A stretch of 64,000 bases of DNA, from the NCBI RefSeq assembly GCF_000002075.1, contig NW_004797290.1:2322123-2386122 (forward strand), in the 5' to 3' direction. Positions within the stretch are counted from its first letter, which is position 1, and each line of letters opens with the position of its first letter. A program made the translations under genes and the position numbers. This DNA is from Aplysia californica. Lineage: Eukaryota. The notes beneath the pieces are model-generated. The model did not search any database. It was not told the DNA's origin and saw only the letters and a list, made by a program, of their open reading frames with translations. Positions 53,301-61,984 of the stretch are shown here, piece by piece.

Positions 53301-55405
53301 GTATCAGATATAGTCAGATATTGAAAATAACAGCTATTGCAGATTGTTATTGCAGATAGATTCTCTACTTTTGATTACACAATGTGTCAGATATTGAAAG
53401 TTATAACCATTTTTGATAGTTATTGCGGGATTTTAATTTTCCTCATTTTGTCAGTGCTCTTTACTTTTTAGAATTTATCTATGCCACATACTGTAGTCTC
53501 TTGAATCTTTCTACTGCTACTCCTTGGCTCCTTACTGCTGTCTTTCAGCCACACCCCTGATCTTCTGGTAGAAAGATCTACAACTAGCCTTCTCGGACAA
53601 GGGCGAAAAAATCTCGGAAGTCCCGTGTGCAAGTTGCACATGTTAAAGATCCCTTGGTGGTCCAAAATAGATAACAGTAGGCTTCGGCCGCCACCTGGGC
53701 GAAATTCACAATTTCCTACCAACTAAAAATGTTTGATGTGTCTGCACACTCATATAACTTTATGCAGTTGCGAGCGCCGTAAAACACTTAAACCCCCCCC
53801 CTGAAAAAAAGAAGTCTCTTGAATCCTGTGTGCCACAGGCGTAGGTGAAAAATGTTTGCTTTTTTTTATGATCCTCAAAAGAGGCGAAGGAGAGACTTTT
53901 CATGCTCAGTAAAATTGATGCTGTTTCCTGTGTTTCCAGAATATTATCTCATGAGCTTTATAAAATGGTTTGTTTCATGACAGTAGTAGCCTATAAACTT
54001 GCATTAATCAGTTTCATGTTTTTGTGTCAAGCAAAATTTTGTTATACGGTCCAACCTACTCAACCACCTCTCCAAGATAGTCAATCACCTGTAAAGTAAA
54101 AAAGCCCCCCCCCCCATTTAGTTTTTTTTTTCTTTATTATTATGACACTGTCCAATTAAACCACCCGTCTAAGATGAATGTCTTCTCCTTGACAATGGGT
54201 GGTCATCTTTGTCACGTTTGACTATACGTTGGTCAGTTGAATGTTCTAAGCCTGGAATTTTTTTAATTGCCGTTTCTTTTTCTTCAGTATTGTGTGCATG
54301 TGCTCAAGAAATATTTTTCTGAAATTTAATTTTTAAATTCTAAATACTGAAAATGAAAAAAGCTAGAAAAAATAAACAAGGTAGAGGTATAGTTGTTAGA
54401 GGAATGAAACTTTTCTCTCTCTTGTAAAATTTTGCTTTCTGGCGGGGGGGAAGAACGACTGATTGTATTGTAAGATCTTTTATGCACAGAACCAATTTAT
54501 CTATACATGTATAGAATCTGTCTCCGTCGTTTTATGCAAGAAAAATTCTGAAATTATGCAAACTGGGCCCAAAAATGTGAAATTATGCGATTCTGTTAAT
54601 TTTAACAAAGAATGTTAAAGGAAAATAATCAGAAATTATGCAAAAAATGATCAAATTTTGCTAAATTATTCGGGGTGCATAAAACCACGGGGACAGTAGA
54701 ATGTAAGATCATACTTTGGGTGACAGGCAGCCAGGTGCCTTTTAATTTTCAAACTATCAGGAGTGACTTTCACTCAGTTTTGAGTTGGAATTTATTTTGA
54801 ATTTTGACTTAATTGCCTGCTTTCTTTTATTTTAGAACTGCCAAGCAATCTTTAGAATGAGAAACTTCCACAAGGGACTTTGGAAATTTCGATTTCTTAT
54901 CTGTGAAGACTAGGTGCTAGATTTTACCTATTCTAGGGTCAAAAGGTGTAAAAAACCCGAGAAAAACCCTGACGCTGGTGGGGATCGAATTCCAGACCTC
55001 TGGGTTGACAAGCAAACATCATATCTTTTGAGGCACCGAGCCTTCTTTAGGATTAAGTCAACCATTACATTAACATAAAACAAGTTTTATTCTTTTCGAG
55101 GCATCCCTGTCTTGTTTCTGCTTCCGTACAGTGAATGTTGACAGTTTTTATAGGCTTATATTATAATATGATTTATTTCCTTATATTTCCATACTTCCTA
55201 GAATGGAACCATCACAGGAGCTTTTGATGGCAAGACTGTCTGTACTGTTGGGATGCCCAGACGCCCCGCTAATGGTTTTGCCGCTATAGGAACTGATACT
55301 TTCGGGCTGGCCGATTTCGACAATTTGTATTTAGCCTCTGCAGCTGAGGGCCAGAAGAGGATGTCATATTTCTTTAGAGATTCTGTCTCCATTTCCCATA
55401 ACTGA
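13254..55405 (+). CDS. GALC: Galactocerebrosidase (galactosylceramidase, GH59), whole multi-exon gene model; 18 coding exons, about 691 aa (exon 15a) or 693 aa (exon 15b) when one copy of exons 3-13 is used
   Basis: Hand-spliced GT-AG exons join in frame (sum 2076 nt with 15a). They give GALC hallmark motifs [84 protein letters not shown] and [14 protein letters not shown]. The N-terminus is hydrophobic and signal-peptide-like. Confidence 0.96.
13785..13853 (+). CDS. GALC: GALC exon 2 ([23 protein letters not shown])
   Basis: ctag|GCA...AAG|gtaggc, 69 nt, phase 0/0. Confidence 0.95.
14551..15425. mobile_element. Tc1/mariner (pogo-like) non-autonomous element; copy 2 at 28259-29135
   Basis: TA|cagtcgaacctg...caggtttgactg|TA. 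Confidence 0.85.
15599..15662 (+). CDS. GALC: GALC exon 3, copy 1 ([21 protein letters not shown])
   Basis: gcag|CCA...ACTG|gtaagt, 64 nt. Confidence 0.95.
16175..16263 (+). CDS. GALC: GALC exon 4, copy 1 ([30 protein letters not shown])
   Basis: tcag|AT...AAA|gtatgt, 89 nt. Confidence 0.95.
16884..17389 (+). mobile_element. tRNA-derived SINE, about 500 bp (family A); copy 2 at 30594-31099
   Basis: tRNA-like head, pyrimidine-rich body and the shared tail ccttatgcagttgc..gc.c.gtaaaaca. Confidence 0.88.
17437..17601 (+). CDS. GALC: GALC exon 5, copy 1 ([19 protein letters not shown]...HDLNIDFVG)
   Basis: acag|AGA...GGG|gtgagt, 165 nt. Confidence 0.95.
18090..18285 (-). mobile_element. 3' fragment of an I-group (Nimb/Ingi-like) LINE; also present in the duplicated blocks
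   Basis: Minus strand reads [15 protein letters not shown]...[27 protein letters not shown], a degenerate C-terminal zinc-knuckle region. Confidence 0.6.
18594..18632 (+). CDS. GALC: GALC exon 6, copy 1 ([13 protein letters not shown]; catalytic acid/base Glu)
   Basis: ctag|ATT...AAG|gtacgg, 39 nt, phase 0/0. Confidence 0.95.
19159..19676 (-). mobile_element. Full-length SINE family A with 14-bp TSD; copy 2 at about 32874-33391
   Basis: Pol III A-box-like ggcctagaggttaag and B box GGTTCGAATCC. TSD aagctttttggttt at 19145-19158 and 19677-19690. Confidence 0.93.
19872..19999 (+). CDS. GALC: GALC exon 7, copy 1 ([20 protein letters not shown]...VHAIG)
   Basis: tcag|AGA...AGG|gtacac, 128 nt. 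Confidence 0.93.
20490..20607 (+). CDS. GALC: GALC exon 8, copy 1 (CHYPGT...LWSSEDYST...GGCWAR; nucleophile Glu)
   Basis: tcag|A...AGG|gtaata, 118 nt. Confidence 0.95.
21523..21560 (+). CDS. GALC: GALC exon 9, copy 1 ([13 protein letters not shown])
   Basis: tcag|ATC...GC|gtaagt, 38 nt. Confidence 0.95.
21734..22167. mobile_element. MITE with about 35-bp TIRs; copy 2 at 35449-35881, diverged relative at about 41000-41375
   Basis: tgtgaggccgcacgttggaatcaggctctcgtcaa...ttgacgagagcctgattccaccacgctgcctcaca. Confidence 0.8.
23593..23717 (+). CDS. GALC: GALC exon 10, copy 1 ([11 protein letters not shown]...[16 protein letters not shown])
   Basis: gcag|T...CAG|gttagt, 125 nt. Confidence 0.95.
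24171..24310 (+). CDS. GALC: GALC exon 11, copy 1 ([14 protein letters not shown]...GGSYVSLTD...LTIVIETM)
   Basis: gcag|CC...ATG|gtaagg, 140 nt. Confidence 0.95.
24587..24676 (+). CDS. GALC: GALC exon 12, copy 1 ([30 protein letters not shown])
   Basis: ccag|ACT...TTT|gtaagt, 90 nt. Confidence 0.95.
25330..25642 (-). mobile_element. tRNA-derived SINE with CORE/V-like central motif and L2-like tail; copy 2 at about 39043-39355
   Basis: Minus strand ggctccagtggctaagcg..., gtgtatccttgagcaagacac and tttccccaccgggatcaataaa. Confidence 0.55.
26128..26217 (+). CDS. GALC: GALC exon 13, copy 1 ([30 protein letters not shown])
   Basis: tcag|AAC...AAA|gtaagt, 90 nt. Confidence 0.93.
26562..28003 (+). 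repeat. Third copy of about 17765-19207 (intron 5, exon 6, intron 6)
   Basis: Starts at a shared ttt-poly(G) run and ends in a SINE tail at the 100-N gap (28004-28103). Confidence 0.95.
27390..27428 (+). CDS. GALC: Extra (third) copy of GALC exon 6 within a short duplicated block
   Basis: Identical to 18594-18632 with intact splice sites. It lies in block 26562-28003, which may be an assembly artefact. Confidence 0.6.
29309..29372 (+). CDS. GALC: GALC exon 3, copy 2
   Basis: Same as 15599-15662. Confidence 0.85.
29885..29973 (+). CDS. GALC: GALC exon 4, copy 2
   Basis: Same as 16175-16263. Confidence 0.85.
31147..31311 (+). CDS. GALC: GALC exon 5, copy 2
   Basis: As 17437-17601 but AAT>AGT (N>S) at 31235. 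Confidence 0.85.
32309..32347 (+). CDS. GALC: GALC exon 6, copy 2
   Basis: Same as 18594-18632. Confidence 0.85.
33587..33714 (+). CDS. GALC: GALC exon 7, copy 2
   Basis: Same as 19872-19999. Confidence 0.85.
34205..34322 (+). CDS. GALC: GALC exon 8, copy 2
   Basis: Same as 20490-20607. Confidence 0.85.
35238..35275 (+). CDS. GALC: GALC exon 9, copy 2
   Basis: Same as 21523-21560. Confidence 0.85.
37307..37431 (+). CDS. GALC: GALC exon 10, copy 2
   Basis: As 23593-23717 but CAC>TAC (H>Y) at 37398; donor is gttaat rather than gttagt. Confidence 0.85.
37885..38024 (+). CDS. GALC: GALC exon 11, copy 2
   Basis: Same as 24171-24310. Confidence 0.85.
38300..38389 (+). CDS. GALC: GALC exon 12, copy 2
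   Basis: Same as 24587-24676. Confidence 0.85.
39841..39930 (+). CDS. GALC: GALC exon 13, copy 2
   Basis: Same as 26128-26217. Confidence 0.85.
41476..41617 (+). CDS. GALC: GALC exon 14 ([47 protein letters not shown])
   Basis: ttag|TTC...GAAA|gtgagt, 142 nt, ends phase 1. Confidence 0.94.
44004..44336. mobile_element. Foldback MITE, almost wholly palindromic
   Basis: tatgggctcttccacggtaa.tga...gacatttggactatactttcttacaatgataacact is inverted at about 44270-44336, and the arms continue inward. Confidence 0.88.
44397..44568 (+). CDS. GALC: GALC exon 15a, lectin domain ([19 protein letters not shown]...[30 protein letters not shown])
   Basis: tcag|GT...TG|gtaagg, 172 nt, phase 1/2. Confidence 0.93.
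45665..46073 (-). mobile_element. SINE family A, internally deleted, with TSD
   Basis: Head and tail present. TSD aaccaaatcctt at 45653-45664 and 46074-46085. Confidence 0.88.
46220..46465. mobile_element. Small degenerate MITE
   Basis: gcagt...attgg..gatcggtttggtt versus aaccgaaccgatc..ccaat...actgc. Confidence 0.5.
46938..47341 (-). mobile_element. SINE family A, 5'-truncated
   Basis: Matches 19169-19562 and lacks the tRNA head. Confidence 0.88.
47762..47939 (+). CDS. GALC: GALC exon 15b, paralogous alternative to 15a ([19 protein letters not shown]...[29 protein letters not shown])
   Basis: ccag|CT...TG|gtaagc, 178 nt, phase 1/2, no stops. Aligns end to end with exon 15a. Confidence 0.88.
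49715..50528 (-). mobile_element. Tigger/pogo internally deleted element with CENP-B-type HTH remnant; contains a (CT)n tract at about 50294-50348
   Basis: TA|cagtggaaacc...ggtttccactg|TA. Minus strand reads [18 protein letters not shown]...[18 protein letters not shown]...RKKMR...VDQALL. Confidence 0.88.
50988..51151 (+). CDS. GALC: GALC exon 16 (KDIYVEIDF...[13 protein letters not shown]...GIFFFAF...LANDL)
   Basis: ccag|G...TAG|gtgagc, 164 nt, phase 2/1. Confidence 0.93.
51530..51730 (+). mobile_element. Degenerate tRNA-derived SINE (different family)
   Basis: gggatgtagtgattaagcac...gacccatgttcgattccc is A/B-box-like. It is not an intact cloverleaf. Confidence 0.5.
51858..52992. mobile_element. 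Mutator/MULE-like element, interior N-masked
   Basis: TIRs of at least 73 bp (gaagtgtatacagacccggtaaccgggaacaaagtca...). 9-bp TSD tttgaaaaa at 51849-51857 and 52993-53001. Confidence 0.85.
53128..53204 (+). CDS. GALC: GALC exon 17 ([26 protein letters not shown])
   Basis: gcag|CA...CAG|gtaagt, 77 nt, phase 1/0. Confidence 0.9.
53508..53812 (+). mobile_element. SINE family A, 5'-truncated, with 13-bp TSD
   Basis: TSD agtctcttgaatc at 53495-53507 and 53813-53825. Confidence 0.9.
54046..54224. mobile_element. Short degenerate pogo-like MITE
   Basis: ta|cggtccaacct...gacaatgggtggtc...gtttgacta|ta resembles the ends of 14551-15425. Confidence 0.5.
55202..55405 (+). CDS. GALC: GALC terminal exon 18 ([11 protein letters not shown]...[21 protein letters not shown]...SHN*)
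   Basis: ctag|AAT..., stop TGA at 55403-55405. Confidence 0.93.
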   Translation, partial: NGTITGAFDGKTVCTVGMPRRPANGFAAIGTDTFGLADFDNLYLASAAEGQKRMSYFFRDSVSISHN

Positions 55406-57060
55406 ACACCTGCAGAGATAAGGACCTATGTTGCTACATTATAGTCATGGTATAAGCACATTGTAATAATATTGTCTTTTTTGCCTTTGAAAATACTCAC
55501 CGCACCATGCTAAATTTAATATCAAGATATGGAAACCACTGTTTAGGTCATTTAGAATTAAGAGGCAAGCTTCCATCAAAGCCTGTTTAAGTCAAGTCTG
55601 TCATACTTTAAATTTAATTAATGTAGTTTATGTTTCACGGATTGGTTCCAGCATATACCTGATTGTAAATCAATGCTCTGCCAAATTTTATGCTTGTTTA
55701 TTTTACTGATACATGTAAATTAAATATATTTCATTCAGTTTAAAAGTTTACCATAATTTTTGTGTTTAAGCTGGACTGTAAGAAAAAACATTTTGAAGAT
55801 ATTTTAAGAACTTAAGATTTTTGGAAATATTTCATCCTTCAAGTACAATAGAGTTTTTGTGAATCTATCTGAAAAGTGTACTTTTCAACATTACCAACAA
55901 CAGTTTGTTCGGAGGACTAAACATACTCTTTCAAGTCAGCAAAGTCTTATCGCACAAAAATGGTAGGTTTATTCCATTCCTTATTTTGAACTGTTGGTTC
56001 TCTTCTCTTTATAGGGACATTTGATGCTTGTACCTTGGGTTTTCAATATAATCGCGTTTCTGTCTTTTTATAGTATATAATATATCAGTTTCATATCAAT
56101 CATCTTTTATGATTTTTCCATAGACTCAGATCTGCTCTCGGTTTTTGTTTTAATGCTGATGGGACTTATATTACATTCATGGTCACACTTTCAATACACT
56201 AACTACAAAAACAAGACATTCGTCAACTGTGCCATAAACTTTTACTATCAATGATCAACCCCTTCACTGCTGACCTATATTCCTCACCCTATGATGACCT
56301 TGTTTCCTGGAATAGCACTCAAATGGGTGATCCTTTAAAAGTGCTATCTACTCTGTGGTAATGCATTGAATGCATAACAATGTCTATATCAATTTAAAGG
56401 AAAATGAATGAATCGCTATCATCATCAGCAAAAATTTCTTTGATAGCTTGATACTTTAAGAGCATACATCGTGAGTGATCAGCCATAGCTCGGAGCTTGA
56501 GTGAGACGCTAGAGCTGTGAAAAGAGAGAGACTGTTCAGTGACGCTATAATTCACACTATTTCGGTCATTGTTGGTCTATCTAAGGCAAACTAAAGCTTC
56601 TCTAAGTTATCTCGGGAAGAAAAGAGCTTTCAGGGGAGCCCACTCTCGATACTAAATTGCAGTTACCGGCTGAGTAGAAAACGAAACAAAATAGCGATAT
56701 TGCCGGGCATACACTGTACGTCTACAGCGCTTAGGAGGGCCCAATTTATGGACGTACACCGCACGCCGAGCAGCAGTGAAGCGGTTAAGAATAAGTTCTT
56801 TTATTGAGACCACAAATATGTTAAACTCAGGGTACTGCATCACAGCAGGATATCCAATTAACTGGACAGAATCTCTGATAAGAGAGCGAGTGCACGTGCA
56901 AGTCATAGTGAATCTATTGAATGGTTTGAATGATCTGAATGCCAATCAATGATGCCTTTCTGTAACACCTTTCTTCAGTTTCAGTGTCAGCCTGCATGTA
57001 TTGTAGTGCTAAGTTTGTTGATATCTGTGATGAGTCATCTTTCAATCTAGTGTACTTGTA

Positions 57061-57508
57061 CGGTTGAACCTGCCTTAGTAGTCACCTCTTCGTAGCAATC
57101 ACCTGAGCTATAGGCCATGGCTCCATGACACTTTTGTGTTTTCCTTATTTTTAACCTGTCCATAGTAGTCCCTGTCCAAAGTGGACATAGTTAGTAGTTT
57201 TCGTGTCAAGTCGGCCTTAAGACTGCTCAAAGCGGTCACTTACTACTAAAGTTTTCTGGCAACCAGACCTCAGACTGAATGTTTACATTCAATCAGTGCA
57301 AAGAAACTCTTTCAATAGATGACATTTTTGTCGAGAAATGAAAAGGAAAGATTTAATTATATCAAAATTTCATATTTTAAACCATCTGTTGACATTGTCA
57401 AGCCAAGAAAGTGACCATTACACAGACCCTGTCCCTAGGAGCCACAAAATTGTAATGGTCACTTTTTTCTGTGATCTTGAGTAATCTTTTTACGGACAGG
57501 TTCGACTG
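57061..57508. mobile_element. Tc1/mariner (pogo-like) MITE
   Basis: TA|cggttgaacctg...caggttcgactg|TA. Confidence 0.78.
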
Positions 57509-58439
57509 TACTCTATCTTGTGTGCCTTGAACCCATGCCTCTGTTTTATTCAAACTATCAGCCAGAGCTGACATGCTTCATTTCTCTTCGATAAACATGG
57601 TGTGATAAGAATGCAAAGTGGTGTTTATAATTAAGATAGGAGGTGAATGGTGGAAGGAAAGTGAAAGAGTGCAAATTATGCAAGTTGTGCAAGTTAAGTG
57701 CATGCTAGAATTTTAAAGATGGGTATTCATATTATCTTGACTGTTTGGTTTCTTTCTTTTTAAATACCTTTGTAAATACCTTGGATATATTTCAAGAAAT
57801 TTAAGTAATTCCAGTGTTTCATCCATTTCCACAACTGTTTGTAAAAAATTAATGTGCTCTCACATTTTCAATTTTTCATCTCAAGATAGACTGTTATTGT
57901 CATTTATGAGTTCCTACTTGTACTTGCTCATAACAGTGATTTGATTTCACATTCCACTTCGGTATAGTTATAAGTAAAAGGACACCATGTATGTCATTGG
58001 ACTGTGACCGGTGAAGTCATTAGGGTTGGTGTTAATTGTTGCCAAACTACTTTCTTCTTCAGAACAAAAGTATGGCCTTAAAGGCATATTTCCCTTTACT
58101 TACTGACTGATAACAAGCAGTATGTATCTTAAAAATGAATTGTAAAACGGATGGAAAGCATATATTCAGTTTTGGACAGAACTTATTTCAAATAGGTCTA
58201 GAATTTCCAAGAAACCACAGAAGTGTGAGGACACATGATTTTATAAAGTATGACAATGGATCAAGTATACACACAGAGGTTGATGAAATCTTAGAAATCC
58301 TTGTTGTTCATTTATTGTGGGTTTTTAATATTGTGTCTATTGGGAAACTCTTGCCTTAATAAAAACTTACTTTGAATTTTGAAAATAACTTGTTGATTGT
58401 GTATGATTCGAACACGGTACAATTGATTAAGTGCCGCGA

Positions 58440-59360
58440 TGGAGATGGACACCTGTACAATACGGCCACCTCTACAAATGTCCACTTTCCAACCCCCCCC
58501 CCCCCCCCCNNNNNNNNNNNNNNNNNNNNNNNNNNNNNNNNNNNNNNNNNNNNNNNNNNNNNNNNNNNNNNNNNNNNNNNNNNNNNNNNNNNNNNNNNNN
58601 NNNNNNNNNCCCCCCCCCCCCCCCCCCCTGCATTTTTTTCTCTCTATATAATTTCACTGTGTAAAAAAAGGGTCACATGGGTGGTTGGCGGGTGCTTTGG
58701 TGTGGTTTGTTTCTTCTTTCCTATCAAACATCTATTGTCCTTATCTCCCCTTCTTCTTTTTTATGTTTGTTACTCTCTTGTAACACCTCTAATCTTCTGG
58801 CGCTCATATGACCTTATGCAGTTGCGAGCACCGTAAAACCTCTATTTAAAATATATTTTTTTAAAACGGTCACCTGTCCAATGCGGCCACGGTCACCTTA
58901 CTTTTTCTACCAAAAAGGAAAAAACCTGTCTTGTGCAAATCTCTCATTGCCTGCCGATTTGTCGTAAATGATAAATTTTTATGTATTGACTCCTGACGCT
59001 GTGGACGAGCTGTCATACTCCATTTACCTGTCGTTATTGTTAATCCCTCCAAGGTCCCATCATGTTTGGTAGGTCCCATCCAGTGTTGTTTACCCAAGTT
59101 AACCTCCCGATAACAATAATTTTTCAACAGCTGGTGAAGGATACGAGTGATTTGCCTTAATCTCTAAGCCCAGCCCACAACTCGTACACAAATCGTAAGT
59201 GAGGTAACTGGGCACTGTTTACCCAGTTTTTAACAATGGATTGGATGAACATGAACTTGCGGCAGAAGCGTCACTCGTTCTCCGAGTGGTGGCAACCCAT
59301 TTATTTTACCTTATGTTCCTCGTCTGACGTGTTTTATTTTGTTTTACCCTTGCACACTGT
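58440..59360 (+). mobile_element. Diverged relative of the 14551-15425 element, with a nested SINE fragment (about 58677-58840) and a 100-N gap
   Basis: acctgtacaatacggccacct..acaaatg.ccactttcc and aaacggtcacctgtccaa...ccgagtggtgg match 14575-15075. Confidence 0.7.
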
Positions 59361-59686
59361 CTTCCTCATTTGACACACTTTGCAGAATTTAACACTTATA
59401 CAGCCGTCGCGAAACTTCATCTCTCTGCATAAACAAAAATGTTTCACACATTCAGATAAATCCAGCTGTTGATGACGGCGTCAATGTAGAAAAATGTAAC
59501 CCATTTCCAGAACTTGCCACCAACTCCAGTTGGGAACTCAGAAAAGGGAATGTTTAAAAAGAAAACCCAGCAACCCCTTCCCCTACCCCCCCCCCCCCCC
59601 CCCCCCCCCCCTTCCCCAACCCCTAAAAAATACCCCAGTTAAACCTTATGGCAGTCCTAGAAGCCTATGCATGACCACCTTCGATT

Positions 59687-60167
59687 GGGGTCTAGAGGTT
59701 ATAACATACTGTGTTCACCTCACACTCAGTGCCCTGAGTTCGAAACCTGACAGCGATGGGAACATTTTCTTCTCAAAAAAGTTCTCCTTTCACTACTTTT
59801 CTGCTCTCTTACCATGTTCTGTCGTCTGCTTTCGTCTTCACTTTCTGGTCCCCACCCTCCTCTCGGCTCCTGGCTCTTTCTTCATTCGTTCTACTGTTGC
59901 TGTCTTTCAGCCACACCCCAGATCTTAGGTCTTAGAAAAAGTAAGATCTAACCCCTCTAGCTTCCTCGGATCAGGGCGAAACATCTCGGGGGCTTAAGTT
60001 GCGCACGTTAAAATCGATTGGTGGTCCAAAATCGATATAAAAGAGCGAGTAGGCTTCAGCTGCCATACGGCAACATTCAAAATTCATTTCCCGAACCAAA
60101 CTGAAAAAGTTTTATGATTTCTGTGCCCTCATGATCTTATGTAGTTGCGAGTGCCGTAAAACACTTA
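59687..60167 (+). mobile_element. SINE family A, older diverged copy
   Basis: Head gtgttcacctcacac...gagttcgaaacc is tRNA-Val-like; same body and tail as the family. Confidence 0.85.
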
Positions 60168-60762
60168 ATTATTACTAAAAACACCCCCCCCCCCCCCCAA
60201 AGAAAAAAAAGAAACCCAACAAACAAACAAACACATTAATTTTCATCCTTTTATTGGGGCCACTACGTTCATTTTTCAGCTTCCCAGGTCTCATTTATCT
60301 ATCTGCGTATGGTCCTACTCATGTGATACTTTATTTCATTTTATAAATATCGTTAGTCTATATCTAGGCTTTCTCAGATAGGTCTATATATATATATATA
60401 TATATGTATATATTATATATATCCTTTGGCTTTCACTTTCAGTTTCCATTTCACTTCCCCTTAGAAATTGTAGATACATTACTTCCTTGTTTTTACCAGG
60501 CCTGATGGTTTCAAAATAATGCAGGTTGCTTTTCTTCTTCGTTTTTCAAATTAGATAATATTGCAATCCAACACTATTTTACATGTAGGCGTTGTGTTTG
60601 TAGTAGTATAGCCATATTATGTTGCTTAAAAAATTGTTTTCGTTTTTTCTTCAGCTTCAAATGGCAGCAATGTAAAATAGAACTAGAGAAGCCAAAGGAA
60701 AGCAAAGTTATAAAAAAAAAGTCCACGTCTAGCCTAAGCCTAAAAATTCAGTCATTTCTGGG

Positions 60763-60781
60763 CACAGAATTCTACACTGTG
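60763..60781. mobile_element. 19-bp TIR remnant, putative excision footprint
   Basis: cacagaattctacactgtg flanked by a perfect 8-bp repeat tttctggg. Confidence 0.85.
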
Positions 60782-61566
60782 TTTCTGGGAAAACACTCGC
60801 TGCGTTTCGAGGTTATTGAACTATTCGTGGTGTGACTACCTACGAATATTAGGCTATTGAATACTTTTTAGAGTCGTGTTTTATAATAACTCGTGTCGGC
60901 TCCATTATCACTCTTGCCTTGTAACAATAAAGTACAAAGTACTGTACAATATAAGTTCAATTTCAATTATGTTAAATGCTCCAATTTCACTCTGGTTTAA
61001 GAAAAATGGGACGAAAATCATAATCTGACAAAGAAATTATAAAAAAGGTCGCACGGTATTCGAATGGCTCTGCTACATTTTTTCGGTTGTTCGAATATTG
61101 ATTCTTGACGCCGAATGCCGAAGGCCGAAGGAAAGAAAAAACCTGTGCAGGTGGAGGAAGGCCTACGTCAGGCCTTTTTCCGCGAAAGAGAAGTAGGCCT
61201 AGATCTACGGCTTAATCCGTCTTGGGATCTACATCTACATCTTGATCTGCATGATGTCACTAGACTAGATCTAGATTTTAGTACTTGTAAGACAAGTAGA
61301 TTAGGCGCCTAATGGCTAATGGCTAGCCAGCCACTGCCACTAGAGCCACCAGCCACTGGACTGAACTGAACTCTGAAGAAGGAGCGAGTTGGATTTGGAA
61401 TAGGAATCAACTTGGCCAATAGTAGTTCTAGAAGAATAATTATTCATTGTTTCTGGTGTGAACAGATGAAATGAAGACTTGGGAGTAGATCTAGTTATCA
61501 TCATGTCCTCTACGCCGGTGAGTGGGTGTGTATATAATGTATTTATCTTTCTATGCCAGTGCCAGG

Positions 61567-61665
61567 GTAGATCTAGACTTTTAGATTTTAGAGATCTAGA
61601 CTAGATCTAGATCTAGATCTAGATCTAGAATCTAGAATCTAGATCTAGATCTAGAATCTAGACTA
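61567..61665. repeat. (TAGATC)n palindromic microsatellite
   Basis: Run of tagatc and tagaatc units. Confidence 0.9.
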
Positions 61666-61938
61666 TCCAGTTCACTAGGCCTAAATGTTTATAAAATTTT
61701 AATCATAATAGAATGTCTCAGACTGCGGTAAAACTTGAGTTAATGAACGAGAAAGGTAGGATCAAGTGAAGAAAATGAAAGACAGCGACCTAGACTGAGA
61801 TAAAAACTAAAAGTCTTAGGTCGAGTCTATTTCTCCGAAGGCCACCTCTATTCTCACCCGGAGTGAGAATAGTGCAGGCGAGTCTTGTGGCTATTCTCAC
61901 CAGGTGCGCGTTCACCAAATTTTGCGTTCACCCTAAAC

Positions 61939-61984
61939 CACAGAATTCTACACTGTGATAACAGAAAAATTGTAGAATTCTGTG
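61939..61984. mobile_element. TIR remnant with filler (16+16+14 bp), putative excision footprint
   Basis: cacagaattctacact-gtgataacagaaaaat-tgtagaattctgtg. Flanks ccctaaac and ccgtgaac match at 6 of 8. Confidence 0.75.

Noticed and set aside
28104-55405. Two separate tandem GALC genes
   Set aside because: Copy 1 lacks exons 14-18 and copy 2 lacks exons 1-2. Only one start and one stop exist, and the junctions look like assembly joins.
55406-58365. GALC polyadenylation site
   Set aside because: Candidate ATTAAA (about 55719) and AATAAA (about 58358) signals cannot be distinguished from background in AT-rich DNA without transcript data.
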